From positions 8,790 through 72,789 of the forward strand of contig JBCAXK010000002.1 of NCBI GenBank assembly GCA_038534095.1: 64,000 nucleotides of DNA. The letters run 5' to 3'. Positions within the stretch are counted from its first letter, which is position 1, and every line of letters begins with the position of its first letter. The stretch comes from Chlamydiota bacterium (lineage in GTDB: Bacteria; Chlamydiota; Chlamydiia; Chlamydiales; SM23-39). The position numbers and the translations under genes are program-made. The notes below the pieces were generated by a model that saw only the letters and a program-made list of their open reading frames with translations, was not told the origin of the DNA and did no database searches. Below, piece by piece: positions 18,391 to 27,576 of the stretch.

Positions 18391-19314
18391 ATGGAATGCG
18401 CTGCGATTGTCAACTTTTGCTCGAATGATGCCAGATTTTTAGCTCCTTGCATCGAACAGCTCAAAAAAGCGGTTTCTACGATCATTTTTGTCGTAGCAGA
18501 CCATTTTTTCGATCAAACAAAAGAAGATCTTGATCTACTCTATCAGCTTTTTTCTGAAAAAGAAGATGTCCATACCATTTTCTATCCCCTCTCTTCTTGC
18601 CTGCTACCAAAAACCTCCCCCAAAGATGAAAAACACCTTTGGGCAAGTATTTCCAGGACAATCGGCTTTGGATTTTTACCGAAAAATACTACCCATGCCT
18701 TTTTTCTCGATGTGGATGAGATTCCTGATGGGGAAAGGCTGCGAGAAGAGATCGAAGAGAAGCGCCTACTATCGTATGATTTTGCGGAGCTCGGTTGTTA
18801 CTGGTATTTTCGTGAAACGAAGTACCAAGCCACCACTTGGGAAGCAACGCCCTTATTTGCGAAAAAAAGCCATCTTGCAAAAAAACAGATCCTTCATAAA
18901 GATGAGCGGCTAGGAACCTTTCGGGAGGGGAAGGGAAAAAAATATTCCCCCTTCCTAGGAAAAGATGAAAAGCCCCTCTTCCACCATTACAGCTGGGTCC
19001 GCTCAAAAGAAGAAATGGAAAAAAAAGTGGTTCGCTGGGGGCATGCTCAAGACCGTGACTGGCTCCCTTTAGTCACTCAAGAATTTGCTCACCCGTTTCA
19101 AGGGAAAGACTTTGTTCACGGCTACTCTTTCACGGAAATTCCCCCTCTAGTGACCTTAAAAGAGCCCATTTTAGGTCCATTGAACAAAGATCTGCCCACC
19201 CACCTCTCCAAAAAAGAAGCTTACGCCCTTCTCTACTATCCCTATTTTTTTTATCCTAAGTCTTTGAAAGAAAAAATCTCTCTTGCGGAGAATCATTTTT
19301 CTAAGAGATCATAG
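18391..19314 (+). CDS. hypothetical protein, GT-A-like glycosyltransferase candidate
   Basis: The N-terminal beta-strand-like MECAAIVNFCSND and a DxD-type motif FFLDVDEIPDGERL suggest a nucleotide-sugar transferase. The start is uncertain. The track uses the TTG at 18331. Confidence 0.4.
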   Translation: MECAAIVNFCSNDARFLAPCIEQLKKAVSTIIFVVADHFFDQTKEDLDLLYQLFSEKEDVHTIFYPLSSCLLPKTSPKDEKHLWASISRTIGFGFLPKNTTHAFFLDVDEIPDGERLREEIEEKRLLSYDFAELGCYWYFRETKYQATTWEATPLFAKKSHLAKKQILHKDERLGTFREGKGKKYSPFLGKDEKPLFHHYSWVRSKEEMEKKVVRWGHAQDRDWLPLVTQEFAHPFQGKDFVHGYSFTEIPPLVTLKEPILGPLNKDLPTHLSKKEAYALLYYPYFFYPKSLKEKISLAENHFSKRS

Positions 19315-19327
19315 ATGTAGTTTCCTT

Positions 19328-19403
19328 GCACCGGTAGCTCAATGGATAGAGTACCTGGCTACGGACCAGGAGGTTAGAGGTTCGAGTCCTCTCCGGTGCA
19401 CCA
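19328..19403 (+). tRNA. tRNA-Arg (anticodon ACG), CCA encoded
   Basis: 76-nt cloverleaf folded by hand. Acceptor stem GCACCGG/CCGGTGC, D stem GCTC/GAGT, anticodon stem CCTGG/CCAGG with loop CTACGGA, T stem AGAGG/CCTCT with loop TTCGAGT, discriminator A, then CCA. Confidence 0.9.
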
Positions 19404-20002
19404 TTTTTCAAGGAATATTTTCACTCGAGAAGGCCTCTACTTGAGGTTCGATCAGCCAGATCGATCCCCTTTTTACCTTTTCTTCTGAAGCTTTCCGCTC
19501 GAACCATTCCCTCCAAACATGCGTTGCATCTTTGCAATTCTTTTTTTTGAAAAAAGACTGAAGGATTTTACGAACACTTCTGCAAGAAACACAAGAAAGC
19601 GATCATCACGAGCAATCCTGCTGAGATAAATGCACAAGGACAAAGAATCCTGGAATCAATTTTACGTCGCCCAGAAAGAGAACCTACTCTTTATAATTCG
19701 AGTAGAATAGGGAAAAACTCGAATATTTCGTTGGTCTTTTCGGCATATACACTTCTCCTTCTAGGAAAAGGACTACACGCATAGGCATTTCCCTGCTATT
19801 AAATCTTTCTCATCAAAATGCCCTGCGTTCAAGATGCGTATATTTGCCCGTTTTTCTGTACCGAAAAGCGTTCTTTTCTTGTGGATTCTTTTTCTATGTC
19901 CGATGCATCGATAATGCCTAGGGTGAAAACCAGCGTCACTTTTTATGTACATATATTTTCTATTCAGTAAAATTTTCTCATGTTCAATAACCAGAGGAAA
20001 AA

Positions 20003-21085
20003 ATGGCATCTAAAATTCCCCCTTTTACAAACAATCATCCGTCCTTATCAAATGCAACGACAAGAGAGAATGATTCAGGATCAGACAATACGACTACCCC
20101 TCCTAATCCGGTAGAAAGGTCTACCTCAGACGTAGCGAGAACAGTACTATTTCAGAGTCCATCTTCTCAAGAAATCAAAGGCCAGGTTCCGATAGTTACT
20201 AAAGAAATTGAAAGAATCGGTCTAAATCAAGACGGCCCCGGTGAAACTCCAAAAAAAACTTGTGGAGCAATCGCAAAGAAGGTAAGTGCAGAAGCAGAGA
20301 AACTTTTGAGCGCTCGTACTCAGTTATCTTCAAAGGATGGGCCTACCCTTCTAGGAAATCCGAATACTTCTCCTGATAAAGACGAGGAAAAATCACTAGA
20401 AAAGGTAGACAAGACAGCTAAATTTTTCGAAGCTCATCTAGATCAAAAAGAATCAAGCAAAGTACAAAAAGCTCCAGTTTCAGAAGAAGAAGGTAAGGAA
20501 AATCCGAGATCCAATACTTCTACTGCCACTACCAAAAAAAAAGAAAAGCCCCTAACGTTTTCGACTTATAATCGTCCTGTGCCTCCCTTTCAACATTGTA
20601 GTAATTTTACACATACAGGAATCGAATGCTTATTAAAAGTTCTGGAGGAGCTTGAAATCAACCTCAATGATGGCAATCAAATTAAATTGTTTAGAAGTGA
20701 TTGGGAAGATTCTGATGGGCATTTGCGCGGGATCAAGCCCGAACACCTAAAAAAAATGGAAGCAGTAAGTTGGGGATATAGGAGTTTGTCTGGTGAATAT
20801 CTCTTGTACATAACCATAAAAAGCATCCGACAAGATACAGATACAGGTGAAAAGAAAAACGGCGTGCTAACTATTTTTCAAATGCCTGTCGATCATTTTT
20901 TTACACGTTTTCGCTTTGCTGGGAGATCTGCCCCTATTGAGATCTTAATCGAAAAAGATTTAAATAATGATAATATAGAGAAATATTTAGGACCATTATT
21001 CAATAAAAAAGTTCTAACATTAGGAAAATACAAGTTCCAACTAGCGGAGGATTCATCTAAAGATTCTGCAGAGAAACCTAGCTGA
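20003..21085 (+). CDS. orphan hypothetical protein, secreted-effector candidate
   Basis: 360 aa. A GAGG Shine-Dalgarno lies 5 nt upstream of the ATG. The first ~190 aa are low-complexity and rich in S/T/P/K/E (MASKIPPFTNNHPSLSNATTRENDSGSDNTTTPPNP...). They are followed by a ~170-aa globular-looking domain in which I recognise no motif. Confidence 0.6.
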   Translation: MASKIPPFTNNHPSLSNATTRENDSGSDNTTTPPNPVERSTSDVARTVLFQSPSSQEIKGQVPIVTKEIERIGLNQDGPGETPKKTCGAIAKKVSAEAEKLLSARTQLSSKDGPTLLGNPNTSPDKDEEKSLEKVDKTAKFFEAHLDQKESSKVQKAPVSEEEGKENPRSNTSTATTKKKEKPLTFSTYNRPVPPFQHCSNFTHTGIECLLKVLEELEINLNDGNQIKLFRSDWEDSDGHLRGIKPEHLKKMEAVSWGYRSLSGEYLLYITIKSIRQDTDTGEKKNGVLTIFQMPVDHFFTRFRFAGRSAPIEILIEKDLNNDNIEKYLGPLFNKKVLTLGKYKFQLAEDSSKDSAEKPS

Positions 21086-21242
21086 TGTTCTTTGGAGTTT
21101 GTCACAATTGATCGATTTTCTGTGGCAAATTACCCTCCATATAACAGCAAACTTATCTGCAGGAGTTCCTAGTAAGACAACGTTTTTCATAAAAAATTGT
21201 TTGTGAGACATTTTTTCCTTTCATGGAAGCTCCGACTTACAG

Positions 21243-21270
21243 AAGGCACCAAAATTGGTGCCTTTTTCTT
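21243..21270 (+). terminator. Rho-independent terminator-like hairpin
   Basis: AAGGCACC-aaaatt-GGTGCCTT followed by a TTTTTCTT run, about 160 nt downstream of the 20003..21085 ORF. Confidence 0.45.
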
Positions 21271-21582
21271 GTTCCACTTTAGGTGATCCTCTACACTCTT
21301 TCTCCCTCTAGATAGATCCTGTTTAGCGGTAAAAACGCTCTATTTTGTGATATTCCGGCAAACGGACTATAGCAGTGAGTGCTGCGTAAAAGAGCCCACT
21401 ACAAGAGCTAAAAATGTACGTATCGAGAGATGTCGATTCGTTAGCGATCCATCGTTACACAAAGAAGATTGGATCCAGGATCCTTTGTAAGGATTTTGGA
21501 TTCTTTTAGAGTGTTTTGAAAAAGATCATCGAATGTTTCGAGCAAAAAGTACATTGAGATTTCGTTTCGGCAAAGGGGCGTC

Positions 21583-22605
21583 CTAAAGCGCTTCTGAATG
21601 CTTTTTGAGTAAGGAGAGGGTTTGCGCGCTTTTACCTTCTAAGCGTTTGCTCACAAAGATCGTATCGTTTGTTTCTATGATCATAAGATTTTCTAGTCCA
21701 ATGGTACAAATGGACTTTTTCTCTGAGAAAATCAAACAGGAAGAGGTGTCCTCTGCGCGAATATTCCCCTGAAAAACGTTCCCATTCTCATCTTTGGCTA
21801 AAGAGGCGTACATACGCTCCCAAGAGCCCATATCTGACCAGGAAATCGGAAGCTTTTTTACAAGGACCGAAGAGGCATGCTCAAAAATGACCCTTTCAAT
21901 CGAGTCGGCAGGAAACTGGGAGAACCGCTGTTCCATAGCTTCTAACCCTGCATGAAAATGGGTGTACATACCAGGAGAGTGTTTTTTTAAGAGGGTGGGA
22001 AAAAGAGAGGAGTGTAACAGAAAAAGGCCTGTATTCCAGAGATAATTCTCGGCAAGAAAATACTTTTTAGCCCTTCTTAATGAGGGCTTCTCGATAAAAC
22101 GTTTCACCGGCATCAAAGAAGACTCTTCCCCTTCTGTAGCAATGTAGCCATAGTCGGTTTCAGGATAAAGAGGCGTGACTCCAAAAAGAGCGAGCTTTTC
22201 TTTAGGAAGGTCTTTTTTTGCTGCAGCAATTTCTTCTAAAAAGAGGGGCACAGGCTTCAAATCATGGTCTGAAGGGGTGACAAGAACGTGGTCACAAAGA
22301 GGGCCCTTTTCTTTGAGGGAACAAAAGCTCCAAGCAATAGCGGCCAGGGTATTTTGAGAAGAAGGTTCCACAATGATGGTGCATTTCTCTCGAAGACTCG
22401 TAGGAATTTCTTTTTCTACAAGCAGCTCGTAATGCTGATTTGTTACAATGTAAATATGAGAAAAAAGGGGGCCTTGAAAGCGTTCTATCGTTTTTTTGAG
22501 TAAGGACTTTTTATCCCCAAAATCCAAAAACTGTTTGGGTAAAGAAGATCTCGATAAGGGCCAAAGTCTTTTACCTTGTCCGCCTGCAAGCACCAACACG
22601 ATCAT
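21583..22605 (-). CDS. manC: mannose-1-phosphate guanylyltransferase (nucleotidyltransferase domain only)
   Basis: 340 aa. The N-terminus MIVLVLAGGQGKRLWPLSRSSLPKQFL is the ManC/CpsB signature. It has an ATGA overlap with the upstream GT4 gene. Confidence 0.8.
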   Translation of the reverse strand: MIVLVLAGGQGKRLWPLSRSSLPKQFLDFGDKKSLLKKTIERFQGPLFSHIYIVTNQHYELLVEKEIPTSLREKCTIIVEPSSQNTLAAIAWSFCSLKEKGPLCDHVLVTPSDHDLKPVPLFLEEIAAAKKDLPKEKLALFGVTPLYPETDYGYIATEGEESSLMPVKRFIEKPSLRRAKKYFLAENYLWNTGLFLLHSSLFPTLLKKHSPGMYTHFHAGLEAMEQRFSQFPADSIERVIFEHASSVLVKKLPISWSDMGSWERMYASLAKDENGNVFQGNIRAEDTSSCLIFSEKKSICTIGLENLMIIETNDTIFVSKRLEGKSAQTLSLLKKHSEAL

Positions 22606-23714
22606 AATGCAAAAGACTCCTTACGTTTTTTCACAATAGAAGACACCGCTTCGGAAAATTCTTTTTTAAAACGCTCCTTGCTGAATTTTTCGGCTTGCTG
22701 ACGAACCTCCTTAAGATGAAAGGTCATCGTAGAAAACCTCTCTACAGCTTCCGCAATGGATGAAGGGGTCTGTTTGGAGAAAAACAGGCCTGTTTTCTTA
22801 TCGACAACTGTTTCCAAAGCCCCTCCTTGATTATACGCAATCACCGGCGTCCCGCAGCTCATCGCTTCTACAGGAGCGATCCCAAAATCCTCTTTGGCAG
22901 CAAAAATGAAGGCTTTTGCTTTTTGTAAGTGGGAGCGAAGAGTTTCTTGGCTCACCCAGCCAAGAAGCGTGACATTCGGGGTTGCGATTTTCTCTATCCG
23001 TTTTCTTTCGGGACCATCCCCAATCAAAATCAATCTCTTGTTAGGAAGATGGGCAAAAGCGCGCGCAATCGTTTCCATTTTTTTGTACGGAACAAAACGG
23101 GAAACGCTGATGTAAAAATCCTCTTTCTTCTCCACAAACGAAAAGTAGTCGGTATCGACAGGGGGATAAATCACAATCGACTTTCTTTGATAAATTTTTT
23201 CGATTCTTCTTGCCACAAAATGGGAGATGGCGATGAATTCATCGACCCTTTTTGACGAGGAAGCATCCCAAATCCTAAGATAATGCAAAATGCATTTAGC
23301 AAAAAAACGGCGAACCGGTTTTCCTCTTAAACAGTCTTTCATGTACTCGTGGTAAAAATCCCAAGCGTAGCGCATCGGAGTAAAGCAGTAACAAATATGG
23401 GTTTGTTCATGGTTTGTCAAAACTCCCTTAGCACAAGAGTGGGAAATAGAGAGGACAAGGTCATAAGAAGAGAGATCGAATTTTTCGATCGCTAAAGGGT
23501 AGAGGGGTAAAAGATTTTGGTATTTACGGAACCGAAAGAGCCACTTTTGTAAAAACGAGGTACGGATCTTCCCCGATAAAGAGAGTTTAGGCGTCACCTT
23601 TGGATCAGCAATGAGGGTATGCACGTCTCCAGGGAAAAGATCGGAGACCATTTCAAGGACTTTTTCTCCTCCCCCAAGAGCTACTAACCAATCGTAAATC
23701 ACTGTTTGTTTCAA
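22602..23714 (-). CDS. GT4-family (group 1) glycosyltransferase
   Basis: 370 aa. The C-terminal E(x7)E-type motif EDFGIAPVEAMSCGTPVIAYNQGGALETV is typical of GT4 retaining glycosyl/mannosyltransferases. Confidence 0.85.
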   Translation of the reverse strand: MKQTVIYDWLVALGGGEKVLEMVSDLFPGDVHTLIADPKVTPKLSLSGKIRTSFLQKWLFRFRKYQNLLPLYPLAIEKFDLSSYDLVLSISHSCAKGVLTNHEQTHICYCFTPMRYAWDFYHEYMKDCLRGKPVRRFFAKCILHYLRIWDASSSKRVDEFIAISHFVARRIEKIYQRKSIVIYPPVDTDYFSFVEKKEDFYISVSRFVPYKKMETIARAFAHLPNKRLILIGDGPERKRIEKIATPNVTLLGWVSQETLRSHLQKAKAFIFAAKEDFGIAPVEAMSCGTPVIAYNQGGALETVVDKKTGLFFSKQTPSSIAEAVERFSTMTFHLKEVRQQAEKFSKERFKKEFSEAVSSIVKKRKESFAL

Positions 23715-23753
23715 AATGCCTCAAAGAATCCGTGCCAGGTAATTTACACACCA

Positions 23754-25535
23754 CTATGCGCGATTTTGCGCAAAATTTCTACTAGTAGTTTTAGAATCCC
23801 TACTTTGTGCCTGCCAGAGTTTAGCATATTGACCTTCTTGTTCGATAAGAGCTTTGTGAGAACCTTTTTCGACAATCGTCCCCTCATCCACTACGTAGAT
23901 GATATCGGCATCTTGCACCATAGAAAGTTTATGCGCAATCACTACGATCATCATCTTCTTACGAAGGGTCTCCAAACACGTTTGTATTAATCTTTCCGAA
24001 GTAGGATCTAAATGACTTGTGGCCTCATCCAGCAACAGAATCTTCGGCTTTTTAATCAGCGCTCTTGCAATCGCAAGGCGCTGTTTTTCTCCGCCAGAAA
24101 GCTCTTGTCCCAGTTCTCCCAAAAGGGTTTGAGATTTTTTAGGCAGCCTCTCAATCAAAAGATTTGCTCCCGATAGATAACAAGCCTCTTCTACCGCTTC
24201 CCTTGAAGTAAAGGGGTTGCCTATCTTCAGATTCTCTTCAATGGTTTGGTGGAATAAAAAGGTCTCTTGATCCACCACCCCAAAGAGTTGTCGCCACGAA
24301 GCGAGATCGAACGAGGAACAATCGAGACCATCGGCAAAAATTTTCCCCTTTTGAGGCTCATAAAGGCGTAGTAGAAGGGCAAAAAGTGAGGACTTACCCG
24401 AACCACTTCGGCCCACAATGCCCACTTTTTCTTGGGAAGAAAAGGCGCAGTGGATATTCCGCAAAACCTCTTTCCCTTCTTGGTAGGCAAAAGAGACTCC
24501 TCGCATCTCAATCGTTTGTGGAGCGTTTTTTACAGGGGTCTTAGAAGGGGACTTGGGCACTTTTTCTCCAAGAAATGCGCTGAGAGAAGAAAGGCTGCCT
24601 GTATGGGTCATAAAAAAGGAGATTGCCTGAGCCATGATCGGCAGTTTTTGCGCAAACCGGTAACTCAACCCTAAAAAGGATGCCATCATAGGGATGGTGC
24701 ATGAAGCGACGAAACAAGAGAGTAGCAGTAGAAGCGTGACATGTAAAATCCCAATGAATTCAAAGGAGTAGGTAATGAGCGAAGTCCAACGATTGAGAGT
24801 AAAAAGGCGCGTTTCTATTTTCTCGATTTGCGCAAAAAGGGACGCTTTTAAAGAGGTTTGCAGGTTGTTACTATGAACGGTTTTCATTCCACTCAGTATC
24901 TCTGCCATTGCGCTTTGTAAGGCGCTATGCTCCTTTTGGTAAAGTTTCGACTTTTTCCCCACATTTTTGCTTACCATCCGGTAGATAGTACCAATCAATA
25001 AGAAGTTGATGAGGGTAAAAAGGGTCAAAAGGGGAGAGGCGCTTAGCATGAAACCAAAGAGCACAAGAAAAAATAGGCACGCGCTCATGAGCGCATGCAA
25101 ATGGGTAAAGAGCTGCGCAAATAACGTGCCAGGAGTCGCTACTAGATCGGCTACAGAGCCTCGATGTTTACGAGATATGTGGGGAAAGGAGAAAGAAAAA
25201 AGCTTAGAGATAAGAGCCTTTTGCACATCGATCTGTACTTTCGTCGACAGTTTTGCAAAGAAAAAGGCGGAAAAAAAGACGCTCAAAGCTCTACAGAGTT
25301 GTAAAAGCGCAGCAACAAATAGGTAGATGAGCGCAAGCGAGGGAAAAAGAGCTCTATTCTGTAAGATCCCTCTTGGCGCTTTTTCTAAAGAGAGCTGAGA
25401 AAGGGAACTATAGAGACACTGGAAACTAAGACCCTCACAAAAAGCCGCAAAGAGGCTACAAAGGATTAGGAACAGCACAACCCACATCTGTCCCTTTTGT
25501 AAAAAACCTCTCATGAGCAGCCCTTGAAGGTTCAT
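23754..25535 (-). CDS. ABC exporter, fused permease and ATPase (MsbA-like type I exporter)
   Basis: The N-terminal half has six transmembrane segments. The C-terminal half has Walker A GRSGSGKSS, the signature LSGGEKQRLAIARAL and Walker B ILLLDEATS. The start is uncertain, at M21 (25535) or M28 (25514). The track start at 25595 overlaps uvrB. Confidence 0.8.
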   Translation of the reverse strand: MNLQGLLMRGFLQKGQMWVVLFLILCSLFAAFCEGLSFQCLYSSLSQLSLEKAPRGILQNRALFPSLALIYLFVAALLQLCRALSVFFSAFFFAKLSTKVQIDVQKALISKLFSFSFPHISRKHRGSVADLVATPGTLFAQLFTHLHALMSACLFFLVLFGFMLSASPLLTLFTLINFLLIGTIYRMVSKNVGKKSKLYQKEHSALQSAMAEILSGMKTVHSNNLQTSLKASLFAQIEKIETRLFTLNRWTSLITYSFEFIGILHVTLLLLLSCFVASCTIPMMASFLGLSYRFAQKLPIMAQAISFFMTHTGSLSSLSAFLGEKVPKSPSKTPVKNAPQTIEMRGVSFAYQEGKEVLRNIHCAFSSQEKVGIVGRSGSGKSSLFALLLRLYEPQKGKIFADGLDCSSFDLASWRQLFGVVDQETFLFHQTIEENLKIGNPFTSREAVEEACYLSGANLLIERLPKKSQTLLGELGQELSGGEKQRLAIARALIKKPKILLLDEATSHLDPTSERLIQTCLETLRKKMMIVVIAHKLSMVQDADIIYVVDEGTIVEKGSHKALIEQEGQYAKLWQAQSRDSKTTSRNFAQNRA

Positions 25536-25584
25536 AAGCGTCCAGGTAGGTGGTTTTTCACTGTTGCAGGTTGCCCCTTCAGCA

Positions 25585-27576
25585 TCATGAAACAATCTCC
25601 AAGCTTTGGTAGTAACGGATCATATCTCGGAATTTTGCCGCCTCTTCAAAAGCAAATTCTTTTGCAGCTTTTTTCATCGCTTTTTGGCAATCAGTAATTT
25701 TCTTTTCAAGTTCCTCTTTCGTCCAGGCGTGGTTAGCGTCGGTTTCTTGTTCAGAGACCTCTTCAGGGGCCATGCCAAAGGTCTCTTCCAACGACTTTGC
25801 AAGATGTTTATGCACAGTTTTTGGAGTGATGCCCCTCTCCTCATTGTGTTTTTTTTGCAGTTGTCTTCTTGCGTGCGTGGTCGCAATCGCGCTCTTCATC
25901 GCTTTTGTCTCTTTATCCCCATACATCACAACGCGCCCCTCAGCGTTTCTCGCTGCCCTTCCGCAAGTTTGGATAAGAGCTGTTTCGCTACGCAAAAACC
26001 CCTCTTTATCAGCATCTAAAATCACAACTAACGATACTTCGGGAATATCTAATCCTTCCCGTAAGAGGTTGATCCCTACAAGAACATCAAATTCTCCGAG
26101 GCGAAGGGCTTTGATGATCCGGATCCTTTCCAGAGTATCGATGTCCGAGTGGATGTATTTTGCTTTCACTCCAATTTCGAGCAAGTATTTGCTCAAGTCT
26201 TCAGCAAGTTTTTTCGTCAACGTCGTGACTAAAATCCGGTGCCCTTTCTCTGTCTCTTTCCGGATCTCTTCTAGAGCGTCATCCACTTGATTAGAGGCTC
26301 CCCGCACTTCAATCAGAGGATCGAGCAGTCCTGTGGGCCGGATGATCTGTTGAACTACGTCCCCTTGCGCCTCCCCAATTTCAAAGGGACTGGGGGTCGC
26401 TGAGACGTAGATCACATTTTGAAAGTGTTTGTAAACCTCCTCAAACTTTAAGGGGCGGTTATCCAAAGCAGAAGGCAACCGAAACCCAAACTCGACAAGA
26501 GCCGACTTCCTGGAGCGGTCCCCGTTGTACATCGCATGCATTTGGGGCAAAGTTTGGTGAGACTCATCGATAAAAAACAAAAAGTCTTTCGGAAAATAGT
26601 CTAATAGGCAGGGTGGCGGCTCTCCGCCGCTCCTCTGGCTTAAATGGCGGGAATAGTTCTCAATCCCTTTACAAAAGCCGATCTCTTTGATCATTTCGAG
26701 ATCGTATTTCGTCCGTTCTAAAATCCTTTGCCTCTCTAAAAGGCGGTTTTCCCGGTCAAAAAAGGCGGCCCTTTCTTGAAGCTCTTCTTCAATCGTGTAG
26801 ATCGCTTTTTGCCGCACTTCTTCTGGCGTCACGTGGTGAGAACCTGGATAGATGGTAACGTGATCGAGCGATCCTTGCATTTTTCCGGTGAGCGGATCGA
26901 GAATATGAATTTTCTCAACCTCATCTCCAAAGAAGAGAATCCTGTAGGCGATATCATCTTCATACGCAGGCACGATATCGAGTATGTCTCCCCGGACGCG
27001 AAAGGTACTACGCATCAGGTCATAATCGTTTCTCTTGTAGTGCATTTCGACGAGGTGGAACAAAATATCATCTCTAGCTACCTTTTTTCCTACAGAGAGC
27101 TCTAAAAGCATCTGCGCATAATATTCTGGAGAGCCTAAACCGTAAATGCAGGAGATTGAAGAGACGATGATCACATCGGAGCGCTCCATCAAAGATCTTG
27201 TGGCAGAAAGGCGCATTTTTTCTACCTGTTCGTTGATCGACAGATCTTTTTCGATGTAGGTATCGGTTCTTGCGATGTAGGCTTCTGGCTGATAATAGTC
27301 GTAGTAGGAGACAAAATACTCGACGGCATTTTCTGGAAAAAACCCAGAAAATTCTTGATAGAGCTGCGCTGCTAAGGTCTTATTGTGCGCTAAAATCAGG
27401 GTAGGCCTCTGGAGCTCTTCAATCACATTGGCCATCGTGAAGGTCTTTCCAGATCCTGTAATCCCAAGAAGCACTTGGGCTTTTTTCCCCGATGTTAGTC
27501 CATCGCAGAGACTACGTATCGCCTTAGGCTGATCCCCTGTAGGCGAGAAAGAGGAATTAAGACGAAAGCGATTCAT
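25585..27576 (-). CDS. uvrB: excinuclease ABC subunit B
   Basis: Contains GDQPKAI, GITGSGKTFT and FIDESH, a helicase C domain, and a C-terminal UVR motif (EEAAKFRDMI). The start is set at MNRFRL (27576). Confidence 0.95.
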   Translation of the reverse strand: MNRFRLNSSFSPTGDQPKAIRSLCDGLTSGKKAQVLLGITGSGKTFTMANVIEELQRPTLILAHNKTLAAQLYQEFSGFFPENAVEYFVSYYDYYQPEAYIARTDTYIEKDLSINEQVEKMRLSATRSLMERSDVIIVSSISCIYGLGSPEYYAQMLLELSVGKKVARDDILFHLVEMHYKRNDYDLMRSTFRVRGDILDIVPAYEDDIAYRILFFGDEVEKIHILDPLTGKMQGSLDHVTIYPGSHHVTPEEVRQKAIYTIEEELQERAAFFDRENRLLERQRILERTKYDLEMIKEIGFCKGIENYSRHLSQRSGGEPPPCLLDYFPKDFLFFIDESHQTLPQMHAMYNGDRSRKSALVEFGFRLPSALDNRPLKFEEVYKHFQNVIYVSATPSPFEIGEAQGDVVQQIIRPTGLLDPLIEVRGASNQVDDALEEIRKETEKGHRILVTTLTKKLAEDLSKYLLEIGVKAKYIHSDIDTLERIRIIKALRLGEFDVLVGINLLREGLDIPEVSLVVILDADKEGFLRSETALIQTCGRAARNAEGRVVMYGDKETKAMKSAIATTHARRQLQKKHNEERGITPKTVHKHLAKSLEETFGMAPEEVSEQETDANHAWTKEELEKKITDCQKAMKKAAKEFAFEEAAKFRDMIRYYQSLEIVS

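Noticed and set aside
19442-19456. Partial repeat of the tRNA-Arg T-arm (GAGGTTCGA) as a possible att site
   Set aside because: The match is only 9 nt and lies 40 nt from the tRNA. It is too short to distinguish from chance, and no second copy bounds the islet.
21460-21500. GGATCCAGGATCC and the surrounding imperfect palindrome
   Set aside because: It is short and imperfect, with no associated gene or repeat partner. It is most likely fortuitous.
25606-26290. 137-aa and 172-aa plus-strand ORFs
   Set aside because: They are antisense to the strongly supported uvrB gene and have a biased composition.
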